64,000 nucleotides of DNA from Terriglobia bacterium. GTDB lineage: Bacteria > Acidobacteriota > Terriglobia > 20CM-2-55-15. A model generated the notes under the pieces. It did no database searches, had not been told where the DNA came from, and was given only the letters and a program-made list of their open reading frames with translations. Below are positions 9,212 to 19,424 of the stretch, piece by piece (the first letter of the stretch is position 1; every line of letters starts with the position of its first letter). The position numbers and the translations under genes were made by a program. The DNA lies in contig CBDCLE010000003.1 of NCBI GenBank assembly GCA_965218585.1, positions 192,001 to 256,000 of the forward strand, read 5' to 3'.

Positions 9212-9907
9212 GTGAAGTTTGGTGTCGTCATATTCCCCGGATCGAACTGCGACCACGATTGTTATTACGCGGTGGAATCTGTTCTGGGTAAGCCTGTCGA
9301 TTTTATTTGGCATCAGGATACGAACCTGGAGGGTTTCGATGCCGTGATCGTCCCGGGCGGCTTTGCCTACGGCGATTATTTGAGGACCGGGGCTATCGCC
9401 AGTTTTTCTCCAGTGATGAGTTCCCTGGCGGAATTCTCTAAGAAAGGCGGGCTCGTAATCGGAATATGCAATGGATTTCAGATTCTGATGGAGGCCGGTT
9501 TACTTCCCGGAGCCCTGCTGCCCAATATCGGCATGAAGTATGTCTGCCGATTCCTGCATCTGAGAACCGAATCTTTGGCCACACCTTTCACGTCCGGCTT
9601 AAACGAAGGGCAACGCCTCTACATCCCGATCGGGCACGGCGAGGGCAATTTTTATGCCGACGAGGAGACCATTCGTCAGCTCGAAGACAAGGGCCAGGTG
9701 GTTTTTCGATACGTCGATGCCGACGGTAAGCCGACGCCGGATGCCAACCCGAACGGCTCCCTGAACAATATTGCCGGTATCGTCAACCGGGGCCGGAACG
9801 TTCTGGGGATGATGCCGCACCCGGATCGTTCCAGCGAACAGATTCTTGGGAGCGAGGACGGACTCTTAATCTTCGAATCCATGGTTGCTGCACTTTCCCA
9901 CGCCTGA
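9212..9907 (+). CDS. purQ: Phosphoribosylformylglycinamidine synthase subunit PurQ
   Basis: [33 protein letters not shown]. Confidence 0.97.
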   Translation: MKFGVVIFPGSNCDHDCYYAVESVLGKPVDFIWHQDTNLEGFDAVIVPGGFAYGDYLRTGAIASFSPVMSSLAEFSKKGGLVIGICNGFQILMEAGLLPGALLPNIGMKYVCRFLHLRTESLATPFTSGLNEGQRLYIPIGHGEGNFYADEETIRQLEDKGQVVFRYVDADGKPTPDANPNGSLNNIAGIVNRGRNVLGMMPHPDRSSEQILGSEDGLLIFESMVAALSHA

Positions 9908-9909
9908 GC

Positions 9910-12145
9910 ATGGCTACAGCAATTACCGAAGAATCGCTGATCGAGCATGGTATTTCCGCCGAGGAATACGAAAAGATCCAGGAAATACTCGGTCGGGAAC
10001 CCAACCTGACCGAGTTGGGCATCTTCAGCGTGATGTGGAGCGAGCATTGCAGCTACAAGAGTTCGCGAGTGCATCTCAAACGACTACCCACCCAAGGTCC
10101 GGCCGTTATTCAGGGGCCTGGAGAGAATGCCGGCATCATCGACATCGGAGATGGCCTTGCGGTGGCGTTCAAGATCGAATCACACAACCATCCGTCCTTT
10201 ATCGAGCCTTTCCAGGGCGCGGCCACCGGAGTCGGGGGTATTCTTCGAGACATCTTCACGATGGGAGCGCGGCCAATCGCTGCCATGAACAGCCTGCGAT
10301 TTGGTCCGCTGACCGAACCCCAGAACCGACGAATCGTTGAAGGCGTGGTAGGCGGCATCGCCGCCTACGGCAACTGCTTTGGCGTTCCAACGATCGGAGG
10401 CGAAGTCTATTTCGCTGATTGCTACGCCCAAAACCCTCTGGTCAACGCGTTTGCGCTGGGAATATTCGAGAAGGACAAGATTTTTCTGGGACAGGCGACG
10501 GGTGTGGGCAATCGCGTCATTTACGTAGGCGCCAAAACAGGCCGCGACGGTATTCACGGGGCAACGATGGCCTCAGCGGGCTTTGGCGAGGATGCGGGAG
10601 CAAAGCGACCCAACGTGCAGATTGGCGATCCGTTCATGGAAAAACTTCTCCTCGAAGCATGTCTTGAGGTAATGCAAAAAGGGCTGGTCGTCGGAATTCA
10701 GGACATGGGTGCGGCCGGCCTGACCTGTTCCAGTTGCGAGATGGGGGCACGCGCTGGAACCGGCGTCGAACTGGATCTGGATCAGGTGCCTCAGCGGGAG
10801 TCGGGAATGGGACCGTACGAGGTCATGCTCAGTGAATCCCAGGAACGGATGCTTCTGGTCGCCGAGCCTTCCCGGACACAGGAATTATTCGAGGTCTTTC
10901 ACAAGTGGGGTCTCGACGCTGTAGACGTTGGCGAGGTGACGGCCGATGGTCTGCTCCGCGTTCAGTCTGGAGGAGAAACAGTCGCCGAAATCCCCAATGG
11001 TCCGTTGGCCGATGAGGCGCCGATATACAACAGGCCCATCAGCCCACCTGCCGAGCCGCGGGTTGAGAGCTGGTTGACTCGCTACAGCTTTCTGGACGCA
11101 TGTCCTTCTCGGACAGTGGCCGCTTTCCGCAACGCGGAGGAGAATCCCGGACAGAGTGATTACGCGGACCTGCTCCGACTGGCTCTCGCTTCACCCAACC
11201 TGGCCAGCCGGCGCTGGATCTGGGAGCAGTACGACCACATGGTCGGGTCCAACACGATGGTGGGTCCTGGCTCCGATGCCGCTGTTTTGAGGGTGAAGGG
11301 AACCGACAAGGCCATCGCTATGGTTCTCGATGGGCCCGCTGTACACGCCGCACGCGACCCACGGGAAGGAGCGAAAAAGGCTGTTGCCGAGGCGTGTCGA
11401 AACCTCGTGTGTTCGGGTGCAAAGCCGCTGGCCGCGACCAACTGCCTGAATTTCGGTAACCCGGAACATCCGGAAGTCATGTGGCAGTTCAGCGAGGTCG
11501 TGGATGGGATGTCGGAGGCCTGCGCGGTGTTCGAGACGCCAATCACCGGGGGCAACGTCAGCTTCTACAACGAAACCTTCAAGGAAGACATCTATCCGAC
11601 GCCCGTCGTCGGCATCGTCGGATTGATCGAGGACTTGAATCTGGTGACGACGTCCGCGTTCGGAGATCCAGGCGATGCGATCGTCCTTCTGGAGACGGCC
11701 TCCCGTTCCGAGGCGATTGATCTGGACGAGGAGCGGGCCATGCAGAACCTGATCGCGTCCCTGATTCGCGAAGGCCTGGTTCGCTCCGCTCACGATCTCA
11801 GCGAGGGCGGCTTCGCCGTGGCTCTGGCCGAGTGTTGTTTTTCGACACTCCATCGCGGCCCCCTTGGGGCCGCGGCCCGGGTGCCCTCCCGGCTTGAGGT
11901 CTGTCGCGATCTATTTGGGGAGTTTCCCACACGCGTGCTGCTCTCCACCACGGATACGGCGGGTCTGGTTGGACGGGCCCAGGCGGCCGGCCTTGTGGCT
12001 CATGAGATTGGAGCCGTGGGTGGAGACCGTTTAAATCCTGGAGTATGAAGGTGCACGTGCGATTGACGTTCCCATCGACCAGATTGAGGATGTCTGGCGG
12101 GGGGGTCTGGAAGGCCTTCTCGAAAACAAGTCGCGCTTCGGTTAG
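9910..12145 (+). CDS. purL: Phosphoribosylformylglycinamidine synthase subunit PurL (apparent +1 frameshift at about 12033 near the C-terminus)
   Basis: [38 protein letters not shown]. Removing one A from TTAAATC gives ...[28 protein letters not shown]...FG* ending at 12145. Confidence 0.93.
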
Positions 12146-12179
12146 ACTAAGAACTTAACCGGAGAACATAGCCAAGCAA

Positions 12180-13643
12180 ATGTGCGGCATATTCGGTATT
12201 GCCAACCAGCCTGAAGCGGCCCGGCTCACCTACCTGGGCCTGTACGCCCTCCAGCACAGAGGGCAGGAGAGCACCGGCATATCTGTATCTGACGGGGATC
12301 AGCTTCTCACGCATAAGGCGATGGGGCATGTCGCCGAGGTCTACTCGGAACGGACCCTGCATCATCTGGTGGGTAACAGCGCGATTGGACATACCCGGTA
12401 TTCCACTTCAGGAGACAGCTCCCGGGGGAATGCCCAGCCCATAGTCGTCAAAGGCGCGCACGGGGAGATTTCCCTGTGTCACAACGGCAACCTGATCAAC
12501 GCTGCCTCGCTCAGAGAAGAGTTGGAATCCGAGGGTGCGGTGTTTCAGTCCAACAGTGACAGCGAAGTTATCTTGCACCTGCTCGCGCGGGCCGAAGGTG
12601 AGAGTCTCCCCGATGCGTTGATCGCTGCGTTGGGTCGGGTTCAGGGTGCGTTTTCCCTGCTTCTATTGACCGGAGATACCTTGGTTGCAGCCCGGGATCC
12701 TTACGGTTTCCGGCCGCTGAGCATTGGAAAGTTCAATGGGTCCTATGTGGTGGCTTCCGAGTCGTGTGCCTTTGACCTGATCAACGCATCCTACGTCCGG
12801 GAAGTCCAACCCGGAGAGATCGTGGCGATCAGGGGCGAGGAGATCGAGTCGTTTCAAATCAAATCCGGATTACGTCAGGCCAAGTGCATTTTCGAGCATG
12901 TCTATTTTGCCCGGCCCGACAGCATCGTTTTTGACAAGACAGTCCAGGCAAGCCGGGAGCGGATGGGACGCATCCTGGCCGAGGAAGCCCCCGTTGAAGC
13001 TGACCTGGTCGTTCCCGTTCCCGATTCGGGAGTCACGGCGGCCGTCGGATATTCACAGCGGGCGAACATTCCTTTCTCCTTTGGCCTGATTCGGAATCAC
13101 TATGTCGGGCGGACTTTTATCGAGCCCAAGCAGACGATCCGGCATTTCGGTGTGAAGATAAAACTGAATCCCGTCAAAGAGCTGCTTGCCGGCAAGCGCG
13201 TCATCCTCATCGACGATTCCATTGTTCGCGGTACGACGAGCCGAAAGATCGTCAAGATGGTCCGTGCCGCCGGAGCGCGTGAGGTGCATGTCCGGATCAG
13301 TTGCCCGCCCACGATATCCCCATGCTTTTACGGTATCGATACGCCGAATCGGAGAGAACTGATCGGTGCCAGTCATACGATCGAAGAGATTCGAAAGTAC
13401 ATCGAGGCCGATTCCCTGGCTTACCTGACGCTGCCGGGCCTGCTCGAAGCAGTTGAGGGCACCGAGGGAGAATTCTGCACCGCCTGTTACACGGGGGTCT
13501 ACCCGCTTGAACTCGGCAGTGAGATCTTCGATGCCAAGGCCGACGACCGCCAGCTCGACCTCTGGACGAAACCCGACCCGGATATTGTCGAAGAGGGATG
13601 GCCAGTCTTCACCGCGTACGGGGAAACGGGCGAAGACTCTTAA
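12180..13643 (+). CDS. purF: Amidophosphoribosyltransferase
   Basis: MCGIFG, LQHRGQES, GHTRYST, DDSIVRGTT, FYGIDTP. Confidence 0.97.
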   Translation: MCGIFGIANQPEAARLTYLGLYALQHRGQESTGISVSDGDQLLTHKAMGHVAEVYSERTLHHLVGNSAIGHTRYSTSGDSSRGNAQPIVVKGAHGEISLCHNGNLINAASLREELESEGAVFQSNSDSEVILHLLARAEGESLPDALIAALGRVQGAFSLLLLTGDTLVAARDPYGFRPLSIGKFNGSYVVASESCAFDLINASYVREVQPGEIVAIRGEEIESFQIKSGLRQAKCIFEHVYFARPDSIVFDKTVQASRERMGRILAEEAPVEADLVVPVPDSGVTAAVGYSQRANIPFSFGLIRNHYVGRTFIEPKQTIRHFGVKIKLNPVKELLAGKRVILIDDSIVRGTTSRKIVKMVRAAGAREVHVRISCPPTISPCFYGIDTPNRRELIGASHTIEEIRKYIEADSLAYLTLPGLLEAVEGTEGEFCTACYTGVYPLELGSEIFDAKADDRQLDLWTKPDPDIVEEGWPVFTAYGETGEDS

Positions 13644-13652
13644 CTTCTCCAC

Positions 13653-14687
13653 ATGGCTCCTGACCAATCTTTCACCTACAAAGATTCCGGTGTTGACATA
13701 GATGCTGCGTCCCGGGCGACGGACCGGATCCGCGATCTTGCCAGGAAAACGTTTACGCCGGGAGTCCTCAGCGAAATCGGCGGTTTCGGCGGCCTTTTCG
13801 ACGCGCGTTTTCCGGACATGGCGGATCCTGTTCTGGTGTCCAGCAGTGACGGCGTCGGGACGAAACTGAAGGCGGCCTTTCTGACCGGGCGTCACAACAC
13901 CGTGGGCGGGGATCTGGTCAACCATTGCGTGAACGACATCGGAGTCCAGGGCGCGCGTCCGCTGTTCTTTATGGACTACGTGGCTACGGGTCGGCTCGAT
14001 CCTGACGTGATCGTTTCCGTCGTCGAGGGTATTTCCCACGCATGTAATGCAGCCGGATGCGCTCTGCTCGGAGGGGAAACTGCGGAGATGCCGGGTTTCT
14101 ACAAGGATGGCGAATACGATGTCGCGGGTTTCATCGTCGGCGTTGTAGACCGAAGCCGTATCGTCGACGGCAGCCGCATCCAACCCGGAGATCTGCTGGT
14201 CGGTCTGCCTTCAGTCGGATTGCATACGAATGGTTATTCCCTGGCCCGGAAGCTGTTCTTCGACGTGTCAGGTTGGACCGTGGAGACCGTTCCTCCGGAC
14301 CTCGGTATCTCCATCGGGGATGAATTGCTCAAACCCCACCTCAACTATGAACCGATGCTACGTCCGGTTCTCGATCGGGATCTTGTTTTGGGACTGGCGC
14401 ACATCACCGGTGGCGGTATCACCGACAACCTGCCACGGATTCTTCCCGAAGGTTGCGGAGCCCAGGTCCAACTGGGCTCCTGGCCCGTCCTGCCCGTCTT
14501 CGAGTTGCTGGCGAAGATCGGTTCCGTGGCAACGGAGGAAATGCTGCGCGCGATGAACATGGGGGTCGGGATGATCGCCGTGATCCGACCCGACGCACTC
14601 GAATCCTTTGCCGATGGAATCAGTTCTGAACACTTCGTCATCGGCCGCGTGGTCGAGGGAGAGCAACGAGTTTCCTACCTTTCATGA
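13653..14687 (+). CDS. purM: Phosphoribosylformylglycinamidine cyclo-ligase
   Basis: YKDSGVDI, DGVGTK, GGETAEMPG, GLHTNGYSL, HITGGG. Confidence 0.97.
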   Translation: MAPDQSFTYKDSGVDIDAASRATDRIRDLARKTFTPGVLSEIGGFGGLFDARFPDMADPVLVSSSDGVGTKLKAAFLTGRHNTVGGDLVNHCVNDIGVQGARPLFFMDYVATGRLDPDVIVSVVEGISHACNAAGCALLGGETAEMPGFYKDGEYDVAGFIVGVVDRSRIVDGSRIQPGDLLVGLPSVGLHTNGYSLARKLFFDVSGWTVETVPPDLGISIGDELLKPHLNYEPMLRPVLDRDLVLGLAHITGGGITDNLPRILPEGCGAQVQLGSWPVLPVFELLAKIGSVATEEMLRAMNMGVGMIAVIRPDALESFADGISSEHFVIGRVVEGEQRVSYLS

Positions 14688-15304
14688 GAGTCGAGCTCAA
14701 TAGCCGGAAAATAGGTGTCCTGCTGTCCGGTCGAGGTTCGAACTTCAAGGCCATCGCCGACCAGATCGATCAGGGTGCGCTTGATGCCGAGATCGCCGTC
14801 GTTGTAAGCAACAAGGAATCGGCTCCGGGTCTGGCCGAAGCTCGCAGCCGGGGTATCAAGACCGTGTACCTGGCATCGTCCGGGCTGGGGCGGGAAGAGT
14901 ACGACCGGACGGTTGTCGCGCTGCTCGAAGAAAACGATGTGGCGCTGGTGTGTCTGGCGGGGTTCATGCGCATCCTGAGCCCAGTTTTCATACAGGCATT
15001 TCCCTTGCGCATACTGAACATCCACCCTTCGCTCCTGCCCGCCTTTCCAGGTTTAGATGCCCAACGCCAGGCACTGGAACATGGCGTAAAATTCAGTGGT
15101 TGTACAGTCCATTTCGTGGATGAGTCGCTGGACGGTGGCCCGATCGTCGGTCAGGCAACGGTTTCCGTTCGGGATGGAGACACAGTGGAGGATCTTTCCG
15201 ATCGTATCCTGGTTGAAGAACATCGATTGTATTCAGAGGCCATTGGGATGGTTCTGGATGGCCGGTGCCAGGTTCGCGAGGGTCGGGTCGCAGTAGATGA
15301 ATAA
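14684..15304 (+). CDS. purN: Phosphoribosylglycinamide formyltransferase
   Basis: SGRGSN, LAGFMRIL, NIHPSLLPAFPG, GCTVHFV. Confidence 0.97.
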   Translation: MRVELNSRKIGVLLSGRGSNFKAIADQIDQGALDAEIAVVVSNKESAPGLAEARSRGIKTVYLASSGLGREEYDRTVVALLEENDVALVCLAGFMRILSPVFIQAFPLRILNIHPSLLPAFPGLDAQRQALEHGVKFSGCTVHFVDESLDGGPIVGQATVSVRDGDTVEDLSDRILVEEHRLYSEAIGMVLDGRCQVREGRVAVDE

Positions 15305-16544
15305 GAGCGTCATGAGCGAAGACTTCAAGTCACTGCCCCTGGACGAACAGCTGAAGTATCTCTCCAAGGGAGCCGTCGATATCATCCGCGAGGAAGAGCT
15401 CGTCGAGAGGTTGAAGAAGTCGCAGAAGACGGGAAAGCCTTTGAGGGTGAAAACCGGGTTCGATCCGACGGCGCCGGACATTCACCTCGGGCACACGGTC
15501 GTGATCCGAAAGATGAAGCACTTTCAGGACCTCGGACATACGGTCATATTCCTGATCGGTGACTTTACCGGTCTGATCGGGGACCCTTCCGGCCGATCCG
15601 CGACGCGGAAGCAACTGACCCGTGAAGAGATCAACGAGAATACGGAAACCTACAAGAAACAGATCTTCAAGATCCTTGATCCCGATACCACGGTTATCGA
15701 TTTCAACAGCCGATGGATGTCAGAGCTGGGCGCTGAAGGCCTCGTCGATCTGTGCGGAAAGTACACGGTACGCCAGATCTTGGAGCGCGACGATTTTGAG
15801 AAGCGGCTCAAGGCGCAGCAACCCGTCTCGATGCAGGAGTTGTTGTACCCGCTCGTTCAGGGCTACGACTCGGTTGCTCTGGAAGCCGACGTCGAGTTGG
15901 GCGGCACGGACCAGAGATTCAATTTGCTGGTCGGTCGCGATATCCAGCGAGAGTATGGGCAACCCTCTCAGATCATTATGACGATGCCGTTGCTCGAAGG
16001 AACCGACGGTGTTCAGAAAATGAGCAAATCGTTGGACAACTACATCGGCATCAACGAAGAACCGAATGAGATCTTCGGAAAGGTGATGTCGATCTCCGAC
16101 GAGATGATGTATCGGTACTGGGAACTTGTAACCGATGTGGCCGTGAAGGACATCGAAGGCTGGAAACAGGAAGTCGAATCGGGTAAACGGCATCCGATGG
16201 AACTGAAGGGCGATCTTGCCGAGCACATTATCGACGACTATTACGGTGAGGCTGGGGCGGCTGCCGCCCGAACCGAGTTCCAGCGTGTCTTTGGACAGAA
16301 GGAAGTCCCAGAAGACATCGAGACGACCGAGGTTCCTCGAGACGGAGTCGCTCTGGCCAAACTGCTGGCGTCTTCAGGTATGGCGAGTTCGGTTTCCGAG
16401 GCCACGCGCCTGGTAAAGTCCGGCGCGGTTTCCATCGATGGGGAGAAACAGACCGACGCTCGGAGTCTGGTGAAGCTCTCGGCCGGTGAAGAACGGACGG
16501 TAAAGGTCGGCAAGCTCCGCTATCGCAAGTTTGTTGGCGGATAG
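15297..16544 (+). CDS. tyrS: Tyrosine--tRNA ligase
   Basis: GFDPTAPDIHLGH, GGTDQRFN, KMSKS, C-terminal S4 domain; start may be 15312. Confidence 0.97.
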   Translation: MNKSVMSEDFKSLPLDEQLKYLSKGAVDIIREEELVERLKKSQKTGKPLRVKTGFDPTAPDIHLGHTVVIRKMKHFQDLGHTVIFLIGDFTGLIGDPSGRSATRKQLTREEINENTETYKKQIFKILDPDTTVIDFNSRWMSELGAEGLVDLCGKYTVRQILERDDFEKRLKAQQPVSMQELLYPLVQGYDSVALEADVELGGTDQRFNLLVGRDIQREYGQPSQIIMTMPLLEGTDGVQKMSKSLDNYIGINEEPNEIFGKVMSISDEMMYRYWELVTDVAVKDIEGWKQEVESGKRHPMELKGDLAEHIIDDYYGEAGAAAARTEFQRVFGQKEVPEDIETTEVPRDGVALAKLLASSGMASSVSEATRLVKSGAVSIDGEKQTDARSLVKLSAGEERTVKVGKLRYRKFVGG

Positions 16545-16548
16545 TCTG

Positions 16549-17277
16549 ATGACGACGAAACTCAGCGTCAACGTCAACAAGTTCGCTCTTATCCGCAATT
16601 CCCGCGACACCGACTACCCGAACCTGGCGCACATGGCCGAACGTGCGATCGCCGCGGGTGTGCATGGGATCACCGTTCATCCCCGACCTGATCAACGACA
16701 CATCCGTTATTCCGATGTTCATGAACTGTCCGCTCTGACTGCCAGACACCCGGACGTCGAGTTCAACATCGAAGGCAATCCCATTCCGGATTTCTTAAGA
16801 ATCGTCAAGGACGTCCGTCCCGACCAGTGCACGCTCGTGCCAGACGATCCGAACCAGCTGACTTCGGATCACGGATGGGATCTGGCTAAGGACGGTGACC
16901 CCCTGGCGTTTGTTGTCAGCGACCTGCAGGAAACCGGCATCCGTGTCAGTCTTTTCATGGACCCGGTGGCTGAGCAGATCGACCGTGTGAAGACGGTCGG
17001 TGCCGAGAGGATCGAACTCTACACCGAGCCCTATGCCCGCGCCTTCGGAACGTCTGATGAAGACACCGTGTGGAGCCGGTTTGACGCGGCGGCGGCCCAT
17101 GCCGAAAGCCTCGGCCTGGGTGTCAACGCCGGCCACGACCTGAACCTCGAAAACCTGCCACGTTTCCTTACCATCAAGTCCATCCTGGAAGTTTCCATCG
17201 GCCATGCCATTGTCGTCGAGTCCTTCGACCACGGCTTCGAAGGTACACTTGCCCGCTACCTCGAGATCGTGTCCTAA
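16549..17277 (+). CDS. pdxJ: Pyridoxine 5'-phosphate synthase
   Basis: LSVNVNK, GITVHPRPDQRHI, IELYT, NAGHDL, EVSIGHA. Confidence 0.95.
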   Translation: MTTKLSVNVNKFALIRNSRDTDYPNLAHMAERAIAAGVHGITVHPRPDQRHIRYSDVHELSALTARHPDVEFNIEGNPIPDFLRIVKDVRPDQCTLVPDDPNQLTSDHGWDLAKDGDPLAFVVSDLQETGIRVSLFMDPVAEQIDRVKTVGAERIELYTEPYARAFGTSDEDTVWSRFDAAAAHAESLGLGVNAGHDLNLENLPRFLTIKSILEVSIGHAIVVESFDHGFEGTLARYLEIVS

Positions 17278-17282
17278 ACCCA

Positions 17283-17307
17283 CTGTAGGTGCGGTCTATG
17301 ACCGCAC
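17283..17307. repeat. GTAG-type REP-like palindrome (second, truncated copy)
   Basis: CTGTAGGTGCGGTCTATGACCGCAC; one mismatch to 2181-2205. Confidence 0.75.
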
Positions 17308-17484
17308 AAGAAATCTCCTGTTTGTCGCGAAGATTCCGAAAAGAGTTCTCGGCGTTTGACCGGAAGTTTCACCGTCCAACCTATGCATCTGGTTGATATC
17401 AAACGAAACGCTGACTGGTCGATCAAGTGCGTCTCCCTCCGTCGTGACATTTCAGAATGATTTCTTTCGCCACACGGTCCAACA

Positions 17485-17670
17485 GTGAAGGTTCGGGAAG
17501 TCATAGCGCTAATCGAAAAGGATGGCTGGCGCCGCGTCAGTGCCAAAGGTGGTCATCGCCAATACAAGCACCCTTCAAAGCCCGGGCGGGTTACTCTTTC
17601 CGGCCATCCAAACGACGAACTTCATCCCAAAACGTTCAGTAGCGTTCTAAAACAGGCAGGGCTAAAATGA
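17485..17670 (+). CDS. hicA: Type II toxin HicA (mRNA interferase)
   Basis: 61 aa; DGW..V..KGGHRQYKHP.KPGRVT...HP..EL...T..S.LKQAGL. Confidence 0.92.
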   Translation: MKVREVIALIEKDGWRRVSAKGGHRQYKHPSKPGRVTLSGHPNDELHPKTFSSVLKQAGLK

Positions 17671-17740
17671 ATTTCGTGAAGTACGGAATCGTGATCGAAA
17701 GTGGAGAGCGCAACTGTTCGGCCTACGTGCCTGATTTGCC

Positions 17741-19105
17741 GAGGTCGTTCCAATCGGTGTGTAAAAAGAGAAGGCGGTGTACGCTTTCGGTGAATTCGAA
17801 ACCGTAAGCAATCCCGGCAGCAATCGGGAGAAAGGTACACCACCCATGAAGAAGAAGAACATACCGGCATCAGTGGCGTCAACGAACGCGTATGAAGGTT
17901 TGGAGGACTGGGCGCGATCCCGGGTCCAAGTCTGGCTACAGGAGCTGCTCGAGGACGAAGTCACTCAATTTCTGGGTCGGGAAAAGTCGGAGCGGAGTCC
18001 GAATCGACGAGGATACCGGAACGGTCACGGGAAGCCGCGACGATTCGCAATGATGAACGGTACGATGGAGGTTCGACGACCTCGGGTTCGAAACACCGCC
18101 GAGCGGTTCGAGAGTCAGATCCTGCCGTATTTTCGACGGAAATCGAAACAGCTGGGCGAGCTACTTCCCGATCTCTACCTCCACGGTCTGGCCACAGGGG
18201 ACTTCGAGCAGGCCATGCGCGGACTGCTTGGCGCTGGCGCTCCGTTGTCGCGAGCATCGATCCAACGACTGAAATCGACCTGGCAGTTGGAGTATGACGA
18301 GTGGGTCCAGCAGGACCTGTCCGGCCTCGAGGTCGTGTACCAGTGGGCAGACGGCTTGTACGTGAAAGCGGGGATCGCGAAAGAGCGAGCGGCATTGCTG
18401 GTGATCATCGGAGCCTTGCCAGACGGGCGCAAAGTGCTGTTGGCCTGTGAGAGCGGGCAGCGGGAAAGCAAGGAGTCCTGGAGCCGCATTCTGCGCAATC
18501 TCCAGAGACGGGGCCTGAAGCTGGGACGGCTGACTGTCGCGGACGGTCACCTGGGCATCTGGTCCGCGCTGGCCGAGCAACAGCCCCAGGGCCAGGAACA
18601 ACGCTGCTGGAACCACAAGTCGATCAACGTGGTCGATCATCTGCCGAAGACCGAGCAGCCCGCGGCCAGACAGCTGCTTCATGGGATGGCCTTCGCGAAC
18701 TCCCGCGCGGCCTGCGAACGAAAGCGGGATCAGTTCGTCCGCCGATATGAGAAGAACTATCCCAAAGCGGGTGAGACGCTGTTGCGGGACTGGGACCGGA
18801 TGATTACTTTCTATGAGTTCCCGAAACAACACTGGGTGCATCTGAGAACGACCAACATCGTCGAATCGCCCTTCGACATGGTTCGCCTCCGCACCAACGC
18901 CGCTCGCCGATTCAAGCGTGTCGAGAATGCAACGGCAATGATCTGGAAGCTACTACGTGTCGCTGAGAAGGCTTGGCGACACTTAAAAGGATCCGAACTC
19001 TTACAAGAGGTCTATGATGGTCAGCAATTCGCTGACGGCATCAGAGTCGTGATGAAATCGAAGGCCGCCGCCTGATGACTTTTACACACCTTTTGTAATG
19101 ACCTC
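17741..19105 (+). mobile_element. IS256-family insertion sequence (1365 bp)
   Basis: Terminal IRs GAGGTCGTTCCAATCGGTGTGTAAAA / GAGGTCATTACAAAAGGTGTGTAAAA (22 of 26 match); 8-bp TSD GATTTGCC at 17733-17740 and 19106-19113. Confidence 0.95.
17846..19075 (+). CDS. IS256-family DDE transposase
   Basis: GYRNGH, LYLHGL, WADG, VADG, QRCWNH, LRTTNIVES. Confidence 0.95.
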   Translation: MKKKNIPASVASTNAYEGLEDWARSRVQVWLQELLEDEVTQFLGREKSERSPNRRGYRNGHGKPRRFAMMNGTMEVRRPRVRNTAERFESQILPYFRRKSKQLGELLPDLYLHGLATGDFEQAMRGLLGAGAPLSRASIQRLKSTWQLEYDEWVQQDLSGLEVVYQWADGLYVKAGIAKERAALLVIIGALPDGRKVLLACESGQRESKESWSRILRNLQRRGLKLGRLTVADGHLGIWSALAEQQPQGQEQRCWNHKSINVVDHLPKTEQPAARQLLHGMAFANSRAACERKRDQFVRRYEKNYPKAGETLLRDWDRMITFYEFPKQHWVHLRTTNIVESPFDMVRLRTNAARRFKRVENATAMIWKLLRVAEKAWRHLKGSELLQEVYDGQQFADGIRVVMKSKAAA

Positions 19106-19424
19106 GATTTGCCGGGATGTATCGCTACCGGTTCGACTGTGGAAGAAACCAAGGAGCGAATCAGGGAAGCCGTTCAACTGCACCTTGAAGGTCTCAGGGA
19201 GGATGGCGATCAAGTTCCTGCGCCTACCACAGTTTGTGATTGGGTCGAGGTTGCGTAACTTTCGGTTCTAGTCGGCGACGCCTGGCGTTTTCCTCCTTCC
19301 CCCCCCCGTCGCGATTCTGCCTTAAGGGCTCTTGAAACCTCAGCAAAAGGATCCTGGTGAGCTAATTCCGGCTGATGATCGTGATATCTTGTGGTCTGCT
19401 TGAATCACCGGAAAAGGAGTCCTG

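Larger units (their letters stand above)
17667..19258 (+). pseudogene. hicB: HicB antitoxin interrupted by IS256
   Basis: ATGA overlap with hicA. MNFVKYGIVIESGERNCSAYVPDLP lies left of the IS and GCIATGSTVEETKERIREAVQLHLEGLREDGDQVPAP...VEVA* lies right of it. Confidence 0.92.

Noticed and set aside
19073-19078. TGA-TGA read-through fusing the transposase to the hicB C-terminal half
   Set aside because: Two consecutive stops and no recoding signal; in-frame alignment has a one-in-three chance.
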